From positions 10,286 to 74,285 of the forward strand of contig JBAQUX010000008.1 in NCBI GenBank assembly GCA_049297775.1: 64,000 bases of DNA. The letters are read 5' to 3'. Under the pieces are notes generated by a model. The model was not told the DNA's origin, made no database searches, and saw only the letters and a program-made list of their open reading frames with translations. The stretch comes from Minisyncoccia bacterium. GTDB lineage: Bacteria > Patescibacteriota > Minisyncoccia > Phycocordibacterales > UBA2100. Both the position numbers and the translations under genes were made by a program. Below are positions 46,520-58,021 of the stretch, piece by piece. Within the stretch, counting starts at the first letter, position 1. The number at the start of each line of letters is the position of its first letter.

Positions 46520-46960
46520 ATGCATTACTTACATACTATGGTTCGTGTTACCGACTTAGAAGCATCACTCGCATTTTATTGCGGGATTTTAGGTCTTGAG
46601 GAAGTGAGTAGGTGGGAAAGTGAAAAGGGACGTTTTACCAATGTGTTCCTGAAGGCTCCGGGGGATGTGGTGGATGTGTCAGTGCGGAAGGCGCCACTCC
46701 TTGAGCTCACCTGGAACTGGGACAGAGAAGTATATACTGGCGGGAGAAACTTTGGACATCTTGCCTATGCGGTAGAACATATATACGACTACTGCACACA
46801 TCTGCAAAACAATGGTGTTGTGATACTCCGTCCTCCGAAAGAGGGCAAGATGGCATTTATAAAAACTCCTGAAGGTATCTCTATTGAACTGCTCCAGATA
46901 GGTGAGCCTTTGCCACCACAAGAGCCATGGCTCTCTATGGGGAACACGGGTTCATGGTAA
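46520..46960 (+). CDS. VOC family protein (glyoxalase I-like)
   Basis: The N-terminus HTMVRVTDLEASLAFYCGILGLEE is glyoxalase/bleomycin-resistance fold. Confidence 0.8.
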   Translation: MHYLHTMVRVTDLEASLAFYCGILGLEEVSRWESEKGRFTNVFLKAPGDVVDVSVRKAPLLELTWNWDREVYTGGRNFGHLAYAVEHIYDYCTHLQNNGVVILRPPKEGKMAFIKTPEGISIELLQIGEPLPPQEPWLSMGNTGSW

Positions 46961-46988
46961 CCTCATGTATGTAGCGTATACTTACTGT

Positions 46989-47501
46989 ATGCAAAAAAAA
47001 TATCCGTACTACTACGCTGTACCGTTTTATCTCATTGTTAATTTTATTGCAGGATACGCCATTACTTTTTTTGTTGATATCAAAATGGTGTATAGCACGC
47101 TCGTGCTTCCGTCATGGGCACCAGCAACTGCACTCTTTGGTATCGTCTGGACGGTAAACAATGTGCTGGTACTTATTGGAAACATCTGGACACTCAATGC
47201 TCCTGCATCCTCAGAGCGAACGATGCTCATCCGTCTGCAGATTGCATCGTGGATTAACTACCTTCTCTTTCAATGGCTTTCATTTGGTACTGGTATTCCA
47301 GCACTGTTCTTCTTTCCTGCGTTATCAATGTTGTTGCTCACCATTGCGAGTATGTACTATGCGTACCGCATTGATACGAAAAATTCTTCCTTCTTTACTA
47401 CGGTTATTTCACTCAAATCAATTACGTGCACCTTTCTCACGCTTCTAGTGTGGCTCTGCATTGCAAGTGCACTCGGCTACTTTGTGATGATGCATAACTA
47501 A
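46989..47501 (+). CDS. tspO: TspO/MBR family tryptophan-rich membrane protein
   Basis: It has five TM helices and LPSWAPATALFGIVWTVNNVLVLIG, which resembles the TspO N-terminal signature. The start is taken at MQKKYPYYY. Confidence 0.6.
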   Translation: MQKKYPYYYAVPFYLIVNFIAGYAITFFVDIKMVYSTLVLPSWAPATALFGIVWTVNNVLVLIGNIWTLNAPASSERTMLIRLQIASWINYLLFQWLSFGTGIPALFFFPALSMLLLTIASMYYAYRIDTKNSSFFTTVISLKSITCTFLTLLVWLCIASALGYFVMMHN

Positions 47502-47509
47502 GCAGAGTA

Positions 47510-49873
47510 TTACGCCTGCCACTTCCACTCACGCACTTCGGGCATGTCCATACCATGCTCACGGATATAGTGTCTGTGCGCAATAAGTTTGTCGTCCATG
47601 AGTTGACGCAAATGTATTTCCTTTGAATTTCTCTCAGGAAGTCTATCTATGACATCTTGCACTAAGTGGTATCTGTCGAGGTCGTTTAAGACGGTCATAT
47701 CAAACGCTGTCGTGATAGAGCCCTCTTCCTTGTATCCACGCACATGAATGTTGTGCTGGTATTTTCTGCGATAGGTGAGGCGGTGAATAAGCATGGGGTA
47801 TCCATGAAATGCAAATATGACAGGCTTATCCTTGGTGAACAGCTCTTCAAATTGTGTATCGGTGAGACCGTGCGGGTGTTCAGCTATAGGTTGAAGGCGC
47901 ATGAGGTCTACAACGTTAATAACACGCACACGAAGTTCTGGAAGGTGTGTACGCAGAATTGATACGGCTGCGAGGGTTTCTAGTGTTGGTACATCACCAG
48001 CACACACCATGACGACGTCTGGATTTTCTGTGGCATCATTGCTTGCCCAGTTCCAAATATCGATACCTTTTGTACAGTGCACAATTGCTTCATCAATTGA
48101 GAGCCATTGTGGTGCAGGGTGCTTACCCGCAACCGTAACGTTTACGCAGTGTCTACTGCGCATGCAATGGTCTGTAACTGAAAGGAGGCAGTTTGCATCT
48201 GGCGGTAAGTATATACGGATGAGTTCTGACTTTTTGTTTACCACATGGTCGAGGAATCCCGGGTCTTGGTGAGTAAATCCGTTATGGTCTTGTCGCCAGA
48301 CGTGTGACGCGAGTAGGTAGTTCAACGATGCAATCTTTCTTCTCCACGGAATGTGCGCCGTAATTTTTAACCACTTTGCGTGCTGGTTAAACATGGAGTC
48401 AATAATGTGAATGAATGCTTCGTAGCAGTTAAAGAGCCCGTGACGACCGGTAAGAAGGTATCCTTCAAGCCACCCTTCGCATTGGTGCTCGCTCAACATC
48501 TCCATGACTCTACCGCCTTCTGCGAGAAATTCGTCATCATCAGTATGTGTTCCTTCCCATTGTCTGTTTGTGACCTCAAAAAGTGCACCGAGCCCGTTTG
48601 ATATGGTTTCATCAGGACCAAATACACGAAAGTTTTTCTCCTCTTTATTTTTTTCAACGATATCTCGCAAAAAGCGGGCGAGTACGCGCGTGTCACCTTC
48701 ACCTTTCTCGCCACGCGCTGTTGTATCAGCATAGGCTTTGAAATCTGGCATCTGTAAATCGCGCAAGAGCATACCACCGTTTGCATGAGGATTTGCTCCC
48801 ATGCGCCGCTCTCCCATTGGTGCGAGTGCTTGGAGTTCTGGGATAAGTTTGCCTGATGCATCAAACAATTCTTCGGGCTTGTAACTTTTAAGCCATGTCT
48901 CTAGCTGTGCAAAATGCTCTGCAGATTCCTTAGCGTCTCCAAGCGGTACTTGGTGTGAGCGAAACGAGCCTTCGTTTAGTTTTCCATTAATTCGCTTTGG
49001 GCCAGTCCATCCTTTTGGAGAAATAAGAATAATCATAGGCCATCTCGGTCTCGTAAGAATGCCACGCTTGCGCGCATCTGCCTGGATGCGACGAATGTCT
49101 ACAATCACTGTATCAAGTGTTTCTGCCATGGCATTGTGCATCAGTTCTGGGTCTTCGCCTTCAACGATGTAAGGAGACCATCCGTATCCTTTAAAAAGCT
49201 GGACGAGTTCCTCACGAGATATGCGCGCAAATATCGTTGGGTTCGCAATCTTGTATCCATTTAAGTGCAGAATCGGAAGTACTGCACCATCAGTTACTGG
49301 ATTTAAAAACTTGTTTGAGTGCCATGCAGTTGCCAGTGGTCCGGTTTCAGCTTCACCATCACCGACGATACATGCAGTGATAAGGTCGGGGTTATCAAAT
49401 ACTGAACCGAATGCATGACTCAGTGAATATCCAAGTTCGCCACCTTCATGAATAGAGCCGGGGCACTCAGGTGAGACGTGACTCGGTATTCCGCCTGGAA
49501 ATGAAAATTGTGTAAAGAGGCGCTTCATGCCTTCTTCGTCTTGGCTCACGTTTGGATAGACTTCGCTGTATGTACCTTCAAGATACGTATTACTGACGAG
49601 CGCTGGACCACCATGGCCAGGGCCAGATATGTAAATCATGTTCGCATCGTACTTGTTTATGATGCGGTTGAGGTGCACGTAAATAAAGTTTTGGCCTGGA
49701 GTAGTACCCCAGTGACCAAGTAGCATAGGCTTTACGTCATCTTGTGAAAGTGGACGTTTAAGCAGGGGATTGTTGTATAAAAATATCTGACCTACCGATA
49801 AGTAGTTTGCGGCTCGCCAATACGCATTAATTTTTGTTGATACCTCTGTGGGCAAATATGATGGTGTGTTCAT
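47510..49873 (-). CDS. xfp: Phosphoketolase (xylulose-5-P/fructose-6-P phosphoketolase)
   Basis: At 787 aa it carries the XFP signatures [14 protein letters not shown] and GHWGTTPG, plus TPP-binding regions. Confidence 0.9.
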   Translation of the reverse strand: MNTPSYLPTEVSTKINAYWRAANYLSVGQIFLYNNPLLKRPLSQDDVKPMLLGHWGTTPGQNFIYVHLNRIINKYDANMIYISGPGHGGPALVSNTYLEGTYSEVYPNVSQDEEGMKRLFTQFSFPGGIPSHVSPECPGSIHEGGELGYSLSHAFGSVFDNPDLITACIVGDGEAETGPLATAWHSNKFLNPVTDGAVLPILHLNGYKIANPTIFARISREELVQLFKGYGWSPYIVEGEDPELMHNAMAETLDTVIVDIRRIQADARKRGILTRPRWPMIILISPKGWTGPKRINGKLNEGSFRSHQVPLGDAKESAEHFAQLETWLKSYKPEELFDASGKLIPELQALAPMGERRMGANPHANGGMLLRDLQMPDFKAYADTTARGEKGEGDTRVLARFLRDIVEKNKEEKNFRVFGPDETISNGLGALFEVTNRQWEGTHTDDDEFLAEGGRVMEMLSEHQCEGWLEGYLLTGRHGLFNCYEAFIHIIDSMFNQHAKWLKITAHIPWRRKIASLNYLLASHVWRQDHNGFTHQDPGFLDHVVNKKSELIRIYLPPDANCLLSVTDHCMRSRHCVNVTVAGKHPAPQWLSIDEAIVHCTKGIDIWNWASNDATENPDVVMVCAGDVPTLETLAAVSILRTHLPELRVRVINVVDLMRLQPIAEHPHGLTDTQFEELFTKDKPVIFAFHGYPMLIHRLTYRRKYQHNIHVRGYKEEGSITTAFDMTVLNDLDRYHLVQDVIDRLPERNSKEIHLRQLMDDKLIAHRHYIREHGMDMPEVREWKWQA

Positions 49874-49881
49874 AAAAAATA

Positions 49882-51060
49882 TTAAGAAATAAAAGTCATA
49901 ACGTGCTCTGCTAATATCTGGTCTTCATGTGTCGGCATAACTAATACCGTAACAGTCGCGCCTTCCGAAGAAATGACATCCGCGTTTGCAGTATTACGTG
50001 TAGGAACAATAGTTATACCGAGATACGCAAGTCCTGCACAGATACGCTCGCGAATAATAGGAGATTGTTCGCCGATACCTCCGCTGAAGACAAGCGCGTC
50101 GATGCCTCCAAGTACCGCAGAGTACGCACCGATATACTTTTTTACTGTGTAGCAAAATAGTGCAACTGCCTCGGCTGCTGAGTTGTCTGTGGCCTCATTT
50201 TCAAGTAGCTTGCGCATGTCTCCACTTGTGCCAGAGACACCCAGCAGTCCAGATGCTGTATGTACTAAGGTGTTAAATTCTGTACTGCTGACGCCTGCTG
50301 TTGCTTCAAGAAACGGGGCAATGCCAGGATCGATATCTCCAGCGCGTGTACTCATCATTATTCCTGAAGTTGGGGTAAGCCCCATACTCGTGTCGTATGA
50401 GGTGTCATTTTTAACAGCACACAGACTCGCACCATTTCCAAGGTGGGCATATATCACTTTATGTTGCGCATGGTCGGGGTACTTCTTTGAGTATGCAGTG
50501 TGCAAATACTCGTATGAAAGGCCGTGAAATCCGTACCGACGCAAACCAAGTGCCTCATACTTTCGAGGAAGTGTCGTAAGACGAGCAACACGTGGCATAT
50601 GGTAATGAAACGCTGTATCAAAACATGCGACATGTATGCTTGAAGGAAATTGTTGTGTGAGTGCTTTCATGCAGGCTAATTGTGCAGGCAAGTGTTCGGG
50701 TGCAAGGTGCGCAAGTGTGCCAATGTTATGTAGCACTTGTGCATCCACCCGTGTCGGGGCCTCAAAGAGAGTGCCACCATGCACGACTCTGTATCCAATA
50801 GCGGATAGAGTGCCTGCATCCTGTGGTACTAATTTTGCAACAAGCTGTGCTAACGCCTCCTCGTGTGTGGTTGTATTTTTGAGAGCAACGCGCTCTGTCT
50901 GCTGTCCATTGTGAATACGCATGTAGACATCACTTAATCCTATGCCTTCAATAGCACCAGAAGTAATCGGTGTGTCTGTATTTTCTGTGGTATACACAGA
51001 ACACTTAATGCTTGATGAGCCAGAATTTACGGTCAATATATAGCGTGCGGTTTCTTGCAT
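49882..51060 (-). CDS. ackA: Acetate kinase
   Basis: The [13 protein letters not shown] signature 1 and the catalytic region [25 protein letters not shown] are present. It lies in an operon with xfp. Confidence 0.9.
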   Translation of the reverse strand: MQETARYILTVNSGSSSIKCSVYTTENTDTPITSGAIEGIGLSDVYMRIHNGQQTERVALKNTTTHEEALAQLVAKLVPQDAGTLSAIGYRVVHGGTLFEAPTRVDAQVLHNIGTLAHLAPEHLPAQLACMKALTQQFPSSIHVACFDTAFHYHMPRVARLTTLPRKYEALGLRRYGFHGLSYEYLHTAYSKKYPDHAQHKVIYAHLGNGASLCAVKNDTSYDTSMGLTPTSGIMMSTRAGDIDPGIAPFLEATAGVSSTEFNTLVHTASGLLGVSGTSGDMRKLLENEATDNSAAEAVALFCYTVKKYIGAYSAVLGGIDALVFSGGIGEQSPIIRERICAGLAYLGITIVPTRNTANADVISSEGATVTVLVMPTHEDQILAEHVMTFIS

Positions 51061-51125
51061 GTATAAATTATACAATACATATTGTGCCTAAATGGGACTG
51101 GCGAGTGATACCTGTGCACGATTTT

Positions 51126-51488
51126 CTACTTCTTGACCTCACCTAAAATTTTATATCTATTTCGAGCCAGAACTCCGTAAAAATATCTGAGTACGTGAAT
51201 ACATCCCGGGAGTTTGCCTATGAAGACGAGTGGTCTCAGATACCAATAGGATTTCATAATTTCAAGAATCGCATCTGCATTCTTGTAGACAGTGCCATCT
51301 GGTTTAGTAATGTATATTTCTTCAAGCATTTTTGTTCTATCAAAATCGGGAGGGAGCACTGCGGTATGTACATTTATCATTTCATAGGCTGCACCTTCTG
51401 AAGAGTTGCCAACCATATCAGCTGATAACTGACACATCTTGCATTCTGCGTCATAGTAAATTTTGGTTTTATTTGGTTGATTGCTCAT
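51126..51488 (-). CDS. Thiol-disulfide oxidoreductase DCC family (DUF393)
   Basis: The IYYDAECKMCQ motif (DxxCxxC) is present in a protein of about 120 aa. Confidence 0.65.
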   Translation of the reverse strand: MSNQPNKTKIYYDAECKMCQLSADMVGNSSEGAAYEMINVHTAVLPPDFDRTKMLEEIYITKPDGTVYKNADAILEIMKSYWYLRPLVFIGKLPGCIHVLRYFYGVLARNRYKILGEVKK

Positions 51489-51492
51489 AGGG

Positions 51493-51942
51493 CTATTTAT
51501 TTTTTTCTGCAGATAATTTAACCAAATCGGTGAGGCCAAGTGCTACGCGTTTTCCTTTTTGCATGACTATGGTGCGTATTTCACATGAGCCACTGGTATC
51601 AGTCACCATTTCAGCGCGTACTGTCATTTCCACATTAGGTTCGATAGGGCGGATGTACCGTATGTTGTGCGTCTTTGTAAATACACGCATGTGTTCTCCT
51701 GCAAGTACTGCGCCGAGTGCGCCAGAACAGGCGTCAATAAGTGCCGCGGTAACACCGCCATGTATTACATGTTCAGATGTGCGAAGGTTGTCATTGGGAA
51801 TAAGAGCGATACTCACTTCTCGAGTGTCAAAATTAATCCTAAACGAGTCGTCTGAAAGACAGAGATTCTCATAGAGGGGACGCGCAATTTCAATATGGCG
51901 TTTCAGAAAATCCATGCCAGGACGTTCTGCATACTCAGTCAT
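51493..51942 (-). CDS. Hotdog-fold PaaI/4HBT family thioesterase
   Basis: [21 protein letters not shown] is present. Confidence 0.7.
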   Translation of the reverse strand: MTEYAERPGMDFLKRHIEIARPLYENLCLSDDSFRINFDTREVSIALIPNDNLRTSEHVIHGGVTAALIDACSGALGAVLAGEHMRVFTKTHNIRYIRPIEPNVEMTVRAEMVTDTSGSCEIRTIVMQKGKRVALGLTDLVKLSAEKNK

Positions 51943-52084
51943 ACTTATTGAATTCTTAGAAATATCAGTGCTTTCTGGCTTTGGACTATCTATCATACGC
52001 ATTAGTATATCCTACTGCGTCGCACACTCTATACACAGGCGTGCGTGTGTATGTAAAGCATGCTTTACATTTGATGCTATACTC

Positions 52085-53254
52085 ATGACTATGCATTTCA
52101 TCATGACACATAAGCTCAGCATCGTATTATTCATTTTCTTATTAGTATTGTTCTTTGCAGAGTATGGCCCACGTTTACAATACGAAATAAAAAAAATTCG
52201 CGGTGAAAGCACTCAGGTGCAGAAGCTCATCAATGGTAGTGTCATGTACGTTGCTGGTGGATGTTTTTGGTGTGTAGAGTCAGATTTTGAAAAGTTACCC
52301 GGAGTGCTTGATGTGGAGTCTGGGTACGGAAACGGGGAAGGTGCATCTCCTACCTATGAAAATTATACTGAGGGGCATTTCACTGAGGTAGTAAAAATAA
52401 CGTATGATCCTGCACTCCTAGACGTTAAAAAAATTGTGCATTATCTTATAGCGCATACAAATCCTACTGATGCCGAAGGACAATTTGTTGACAGGGGATA
52501 CTACTATCGTCCTGGTATATACGTACAAAACGAAACTGAAAGAGCGGATGCAGAGAGTGTTATACACGAAGTTGATGGCTGGGGGCTTTATGAACAAAAA
52601 CTCGCACTGTTCGTTGAGGACTTTAAAAACTACTATCCTGCAGAGGAATATCATCAAGACTATCATTCAAAAAGCACCCTCAAGTATTCGTATTATAGAA
52701 ACGCCAGTGGACGCGATGCGTACACAGAACCAAAATGTGAAGAGCGTATACAAAAGAACCTCCCCACATGCGCATCACTTTTAGAAAGTAATACACCAAA
52801 AACTACTATGAATACTCCATTTGTACAACCAAGTGACGAAGAATTAATTAAAAAATTAGACCCACTTTCTTACAAAGTGACACAACAAGAAGGCACCGAG
52901 CCAGCATTTAATAATGCCTACTGGAATAACGAAAGCGAAGGAATATACGTTGATATTGTTTCTGGCGAGCCACTGTATTCATCACGAGACAAATATGATT
53001 CTGGCACAGGGTGGCCGTCATTTACAAAGCCAATTGCTGAGAATGTTATCCAGACTAAAGTAGACAGAGGTCTGTTGTACTCTCGCACTGAAGTGCACAG
53101 TACGAATGCACAATCACATCTCGGTCACGTATTTGAGGACGGACCAGCACCTACAGGCCTACGATATTGCATGAACTCTGCTGCGATGCGCTTTGTTCCG
53201 CTGGAAGACATGGAGAAGGAAGGATATGGACAGTATATCTCTGCAGTAAAATAA
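52085..53254 (+). CDS. msrAB: Membrane-anchored bifunctional peptide methionine sulfoxide reductase MsrA-MsrB
   Basis: An N-terminal TM/signal segment is followed by the MsrA motif GGCFWCVE and the MsrB motifs [10 protein letters not shown]...RYCMNSAA. Confidence 0.85.
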   Translation: MTMHFIMTHKLSIVLFIFLLVLFFAEYGPRLQYEIKKIRGESTQVQKLINGSVMYVAGGCFWCVESDFEKLPGVLDVESGYGNGEGASPTYENYTEGHFTEVVKITYDPALLDVKKIVHYLIAHTNPTDAEGQFVDRGYYYRPGIYVQNETERADAESVIHEVDGWGLYEQKLALFVEDFKNYYPAEEYHQDYHSKSTLKYSYYRNASGRDAYTEPKCEERIQKNLPTCASLLESNTPKTTMNTPFVQPSDEELIKKLDPLSYKVTQQEGTEPAFNNAYWNNESEGIYVDIVSGEPLYSSRDKYDSGTGWPSFTKPIAENVIQTKVDRGLLYSRTEVHSTNAQSHLGHVFEDGPAPTGLRYCMNSAAMRFVPLEDMEKEGYGQYISAVK

Positions 53255-53257
53255 TCA

Positions 53258-55281
53258 TGGCATACGATTTCGATGCAATTGTTATTGGTGCGGGTGCGGG
53301 TGGACTTACGGTAGCACGTGGACTAAACGCTGCTAAGAAGAAAGTGCTCCTAATTGAAAAGGGTAACTTCGGTGGTGACTGTACCAATGTTGGCTGTGTG
53401 CCATCAAAGGCATTACTGGATTATGTCTTTAAGAATCCTCGTTGTGGTTTGGGTGACGCACTACGATTTGCGCGTGAAAAGCGTGATGCGGTGCGTACAA
53501 CCGAGACCGCAGCAACACTCACTGCTGAAGGTATACATGTGGTTGTAGGTGCTGCGCAGTTTTCATCGAGTCATAGTGTTGTGGTTGATGGTAAGACATA
53601 CACTGCGCGAAACAGTATTGTGTCTACTGGTTCGCACCCACTTCGTATTGCTGTGCAAGGGGTGCCTGCTGAAAAAATAATAACAAACGAAGAATTTTTC
53701 GATGTACAGAAGGACTTGAAAAGCATAGTCATTCTTGGGGGTGGGTATATTGGATGTGAACTTGCTGAGGCGTGTGCGCGTGCAGGAGTTTTGGTCACGG
53801 TGCTACAACGTGAAGAGAGACTTGTTCCGCGTGAAGAGCCGACGGCGAGCGAATACCTTTTGCAGTACTTTAAAAGACTCGGCATTAAAGTGCACTTGCA
53901 GTCATCAATTACATCAGCAAATGAGCATGAGATTACCTTCACTTCAGAAGGAAAGGAAGAGAAAACAGAGTACGATGCAGTGCTCTTGGCGCTTGGTCGC
54001 ACAGTAGATGTTTCATCACTTGCACTAGACACTGCGTCAGTAACAGTTAAGAAAGGAATAGTGGTAGACGCGTACAACAGAACCAGTTGTAAACATATCT
54101 ATGCGATTGGTGATTGTGTTGATGGTAATCCTCAATTTACACATGTCGCAAACAATGAAGGCAGGCAAGTGGTGCGGAATATTCTGTTTCCTTACGTTAC
54201 ATCTTCATACCGCAAAGAACCAATACCAAGTACGCTGTATACGCATCTAGAAATTGCAAAAGTCGGACTTACCGAAGCTGATGCACTTACAAAACTTTCA
54301 TCAACAGCAGTTGGGGTGCAACAACTCAGTTTTGAGCATAACGACAGGGCGCTCGTAACTGATACAGGAGAAGGCTGTATAAAATTAATCTACACAAAGC
54401 CGTGGGGAAGAATTATAGGTGGAACGATTGTTTCTGAACATGCAGGTGAAATACTGCCAAGACTTACCTCGGCAATACGTGCGCGCGAAACAGTATTTTC
54501 AGTTTCGAGGCAAATATTTGGGTATCCTACACGTGCAGACTTACTAAAACGCACCGCAGATAGAGCGTCACTTTCGATACTGGTGAGCTTGAAGAGTGAA
54601 GTAAGCATGCTTATCGGACGCAATACGACGGCCATTATCGCCTCTGTATTTTGGCTTCTCTTAGTTGCACTATTTGGATATGTAAAATTTACTTCCGGAC
54701 TCACCATACTTGGTATGTTCAAAGAATTTCTTATGTTTAGTGCGCATAATCCTATAGCGCCACTGGTGTATATCGTAGTCTATGCGCTTCGTCCGCTCGT
54801 ATTCTTTCCTGCAACATTATTAACATTTTCCTCGGGTGTTTTGTTCGGGCCGTTCTATGGATTTCTCTATACAATGATTGGAGAAAATATGAGTGCAAAC
54901 ATTGCATATGTAATGGGCAGAGTTTTTGGAAAAAGTCTTTTTAGAAATGCTGCGTGGATTGAGTCATTTAGAGAAAGAATTGGCCAAGACTTGTTTAGAA
55001 ACTTACTCATTGCACGCTTCATTTTTCTTCCGTTCGACATGACTAATTATGCATCAGGAATACTACGTCTCCGCTGGAAAACATACGCAATAACCACCGC
55101 ACTCGGCATCATTCCTGGCGTTCTCGTGTTTGTACTCGCTGGTGCAAGTGTAGATATGGCGCAGTTTGTGGCAGACCTAAAAATTAGTATTAATACCAAG
55201 CCATTATTTATTTCAGGTATTATATTTGCACTTGCATTGTACCTTTCTAAGTACCTCAAACGAGCAGAAATAGCCCGCTAG
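53258..55281 (+). CDS. Fusion of an FAD-dependent pyridine nucleotide-disulfide oxidoreductase (DLD/MerA-like, ~450 aa) with a C-terminal TVP38/TMEM64 (DedA-like) membrane domain
   Basis: The N-terminus DAIVIGAGAGG..GGDCTNVGCVPSK carries the redox-active CxxxxC disulfide of class I oxidoreductases. The C-terminal 220 aa are a polytopic TVP38-type domain. Confidence 0.8.
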
Positions 55282-55297
55282 GCATCGTGTTCGCAGA

Positions 55298-56224
55298 TTA
55301 TGCCTTAAGGTATGCGTATATATCTTCAAGTGCGCGGACTGCGTCTCCAGCGGCAATATTGTTCTGGTGATACTTCACATTGGTACAGTCACCGGCCGCC
55401 CAAATTCCTGGCACTGATGTCTTTTGAGTCCACGGGTCTATAAGTACTTGCTTTGTAGGGGAGAGATCAACAATTGTTCCCAGAAAATCGGTGTTTGGCA
55501 GTAGTCCGATTTCAATGAAAATTCCAGTGCACGGTATCAATCGTTCCTCCTTCGTAATTGCATCAATAACTGACAAGCCTGAAACGAAGACATCACCGTG
55601 AACCTCTTTAGAAATAGTATTATGCAATGCCGTCATGTGCTTGTTCGCCGTAACTTTCTCTACAGTAACTGGGTCAGCGCGAAATTCTGGACCACGATCA
55701 ATCAGTGTGACGCTCTTTGCATATGCGAGTAGCTGGGCAGCGCTTTCAAACGCTGCGTTGCCACCACCTACTACCACTACATCTGCATCAGTAAACAGCG
55801 GGCCATCACATGATGCACAATAGGTAAGTCCCTTATGTTCAAAAATATCTGCACCGGGGACATCGAGCTTTCTTCGTGCAGAGCCTACGGTAAGTAGAGC
55901 GGTGCGTGTAGTAAATGTTCCTTTGTCAGTCGATACTTCAAAAAGCTCACTTGACTTTATGACGCCAGTTGCACGAGCCGGTGTAAGTATGGTGACATCA
56001 TTTGCGGCGTACTCCTCTAGGTGCTCCTTCAAAGTTTTTGCGAGCTGTGCACCTGAGATGTGAGGCGTACCAATCCAGTTTTGAATGTCGTCAGATACAG
56101 TGCTCTGTCCGCCCCACGCGTCTGTGATAAATAGCGTCTTCAGTTTTTTTCTTGCAGCATAGACACCAGCAGCAACACCTCCGGGACCTCCACCAATTAT
56201 AATTAAATCAAATATATCTTTCAT
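55298..56224 (-). CDS. trxB: Thioredoxin-disulfide reductase
   Basis: IIGGGPGG, the redox motif CASCDGPLF and the second GxGxxA site are present. Confidence 0.9.
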   Translation of the reverse strand: MKDIFDLIIIGGGPGGVAAGVYAARKKLKTLFITDAWGGQSTVSDDIQNWIGTPHISGAQLAKTLKEHLEEYAANDVTILTPARATGVIKSSELFEVSTDKGTFTTRTALLTVGSARRKLDVPGADIFEHKGLTYCASCDGPLFTDADVVVVGGGNAAFESAAQLLAYAKSVTLIDRGPEFRADPVTVEKVTANKHMTALHNTISKEVHGDVFVSGLSVIDAITKEERLIPCTGIFIEIGLLPNTDFLGTIVDLSPTKQVLIDPWTQKTSVPGIWAAGDCTNVKYHQNNIAAGDAVRALEDIYAYLKA

Positions 56225-56233
56225 AACTCCATA

Positions 56234-56638
56234 TTACTCCACATCGGTGGTACTTCCAATGTTACTTATTCGTTCCATGTATGTTGCAATGCTTGCGTTC
56301 GCGATAGGAGTCATTTCTAAGTCCTGTGATGCAATCGCTTCGTCCTCAGTAGGTGGCACAGGCTTTGTTTTAGACGCGTTTTTTAATGTGAACATCTTTG
56401 TAATTTGTGGCTCCGTAAGAAACTGTGCTGCAATCGCAATGACCGCTCTTAGTTTTTGTGACCCCACGCCTGCATGGTTTTGTAGTAGTGCGTGATATAG
56501 ATTGTTTTGCGCAATGTAATCAATATACCGATGAATATCAAAGTCGTCACCTATGTATGTTGGGTCTTTTGCAAGGACATCATAGTAGCTCATGTCCCTT
56601 TGTACATGTAAAGATTTTCTTATTACATGCTCTTGCAT
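56234..56638 (-). CDS. Hypothetical protein downstream of ftsZ
   Basis: No recognisable motif is present. It is co-directional with ftsA-ftsZ across a 10-nt gap. Confidence 0.4.
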   Translation of the reverse strand: MQEHVIRKSLHVQRDMSYYDVLAKDPTYIGDDFDIHRYIDYIAQNNLYHALLQNHAGVGSQKLRAVIAIAAQFLTEPQITKMFTLKNASKTKPVPPTEDEAIASQDLEMTPIANASIATYMERISNIGSTTDVE

Positions 56639-56647
56639 GTCGTGTGG

Positions 56648-57895
56648 TTATTTAAGGCGAGAACGACGGAGGAATGATGGTAGTGATCCACCCCATTCGT
56701 TGGTATCTTCTGGCTCAGGAGCTGCAGCTGGTGCTTGACGTTGGGTTGGCGCGTATCTTGATGACTCCTTTGGTAGCGGTGGTAAATCTTCGTCATCATC
56801 AATGTGCGCAAATGAGTCGTCCTTATCAATAAGTCTACTCTTTGCTGACATGACAGAATTGTATATTTTACCTTCTTCATCGGCGCTCTTGCTTCGTGGC
56901 GATCCGAAGAAATTCGCATCTCTTCCGCGTCCGTTTTCATTTTTTGGAAATCCAGTTGCGATAACCGTAACTTTAATTTCACCCTTCTTCATGGTTGGGT
57001 CAATCACCGCACCAAAAATAATTTTTGCATTACTATCTGCGGCTGCAGTGATTATCTTTGCAGCTTCTTGTACTTCAAACATTGAGAGGTCGTCTCCACC
57101 AGTGACTGAGAAGAGCACGCCTGTTGCGCCATCTATAGTTACATCGAGAAGTGGGGAATTTATTGCCATTTGTGCCGCCTCTTCCGCTCGCTTCTCTCCA
57201 GAAGCGCGTCCAATACCCATGAGCGCAGAACCGGCATTTTCCATAATTGCGCGGATGTCTGCAAAGTCTACGTTTATGATACCTTGCGTTGTAATAAGGT
57301 CAGTAATTCCTTCTACAGATTGTCGGAGCACTTCATCGCAGAGTGCGAAAGCATCCTTAACACTTGTCGTGCGCTCAACAATCGTAAAGATTTTATCGTT
57401 TGGAACCACAACCAGAGCATCAACTTCTTGAGAAAGTCTCTCAAGTCCCTCTTGTGCAAGTCCCAGTCGTTGCTTTCCTTCGAAAGAAAATGGTTGCGTA
57501 ACAACACCGATGGTGAGAGCTCCAACATCCTTTGCAATTTTTGCAACGATAGGTGCAGCGCCAGTACCAGTACCACCGCCCATACCACACGTGACGAACA
57601 CCATGTCTGAGCCTTTGAGTGCCTCAACAAGTTCTTCACGAGTTTCTTCTGCGGCACGTCCACCAATACTTGGGTTCATTCCAGTTCCCAGACCGCGCGT
57701 TAGCTTTTTTCCGATATGAATTTTCTTTTTTGCGAGTGACTTTTGCAAATCTTGCGAGTCAGTGTTCACCGCAATAAATTCTACGCCTCGTACTTTCTGA
57801 GAAACCATGTGGTTCACCGCATTACCACCAGAACCACCAACTCCGATGACCTTGATGCGTGCAAATGTCTCTATATCGCTCTGTACTTGCTTCAT
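56648..57895 (-). CDS. ftsZ: Cell division protein FtsZ
   Basis: GVGGSGGNAVNHM and the tubulin signature FVTCGMGGGTGTGAAP are present. The start is taken at MKQVQSD. Confidence 0.9.
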   Translation of the reverse strand: MKQVQSDIETFARIKVIGVGGSGGNAVNHMVSQKVRGVEFIAVNTDSQDLQKSLAKKKIHIGKKLTRGLGTGMNPSIGGRAAEETREELVEALKGSDMVFVTCGMGGGTGTGAAPIVAKIAKDVGALTIGVVTQPFSFEGKQRLGLAQEGLERLSQEVDALVVVPNDKIFTIVERTTSVKDAFALCDEVLRQSVEGITDLITTQGIINVDFADIRAIMENAGSALMGIGRASGEKRAEEAAQMAINSPLLDVTIDGATGVLFSVTGGDDLSMFEVQEAAKIITAAADSNAKIIFGAVIDPTMKKGEIKVTVIATGFPKNENGRGRDANFFGSPRSKSADEEGKIYNSVMSAKSRLIDKDDSFAHIDDDEDLPPLPKESSRYAPTQRQAPAAAPEPEDTNEWGGSLPSFLRRSRLK

Positions 57896-58021
57896 GGGAA
57901 TTTCTAAAATGGTTAAATAAGTACATTCATAGTACCACAATCTAGGGTAAAGGCACAAGATATGAGTACTTCAATTATAGCCATATATTACAGGCTTAAA
58001 TAGAAAATTTATATATTCAAA

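Noticed and set aside
43226-46520. Integrated prophage or ICE at tRNA-Glu.
   Set aside because: No integrase, recombinase, phage structural genes or 3'-tRNA att duplication is visible. The region is better described as a small accessory islet.
53167-53257. N-terminal 30-aa extension of the oxidoreductase::TVP38 ORF.
   Set aside because: It lies inside the 3' end of msrAB in another frame. The Rossmann fold begins at MAYDFDAIVIGAGAGG (53258), right after the msrAB stop.
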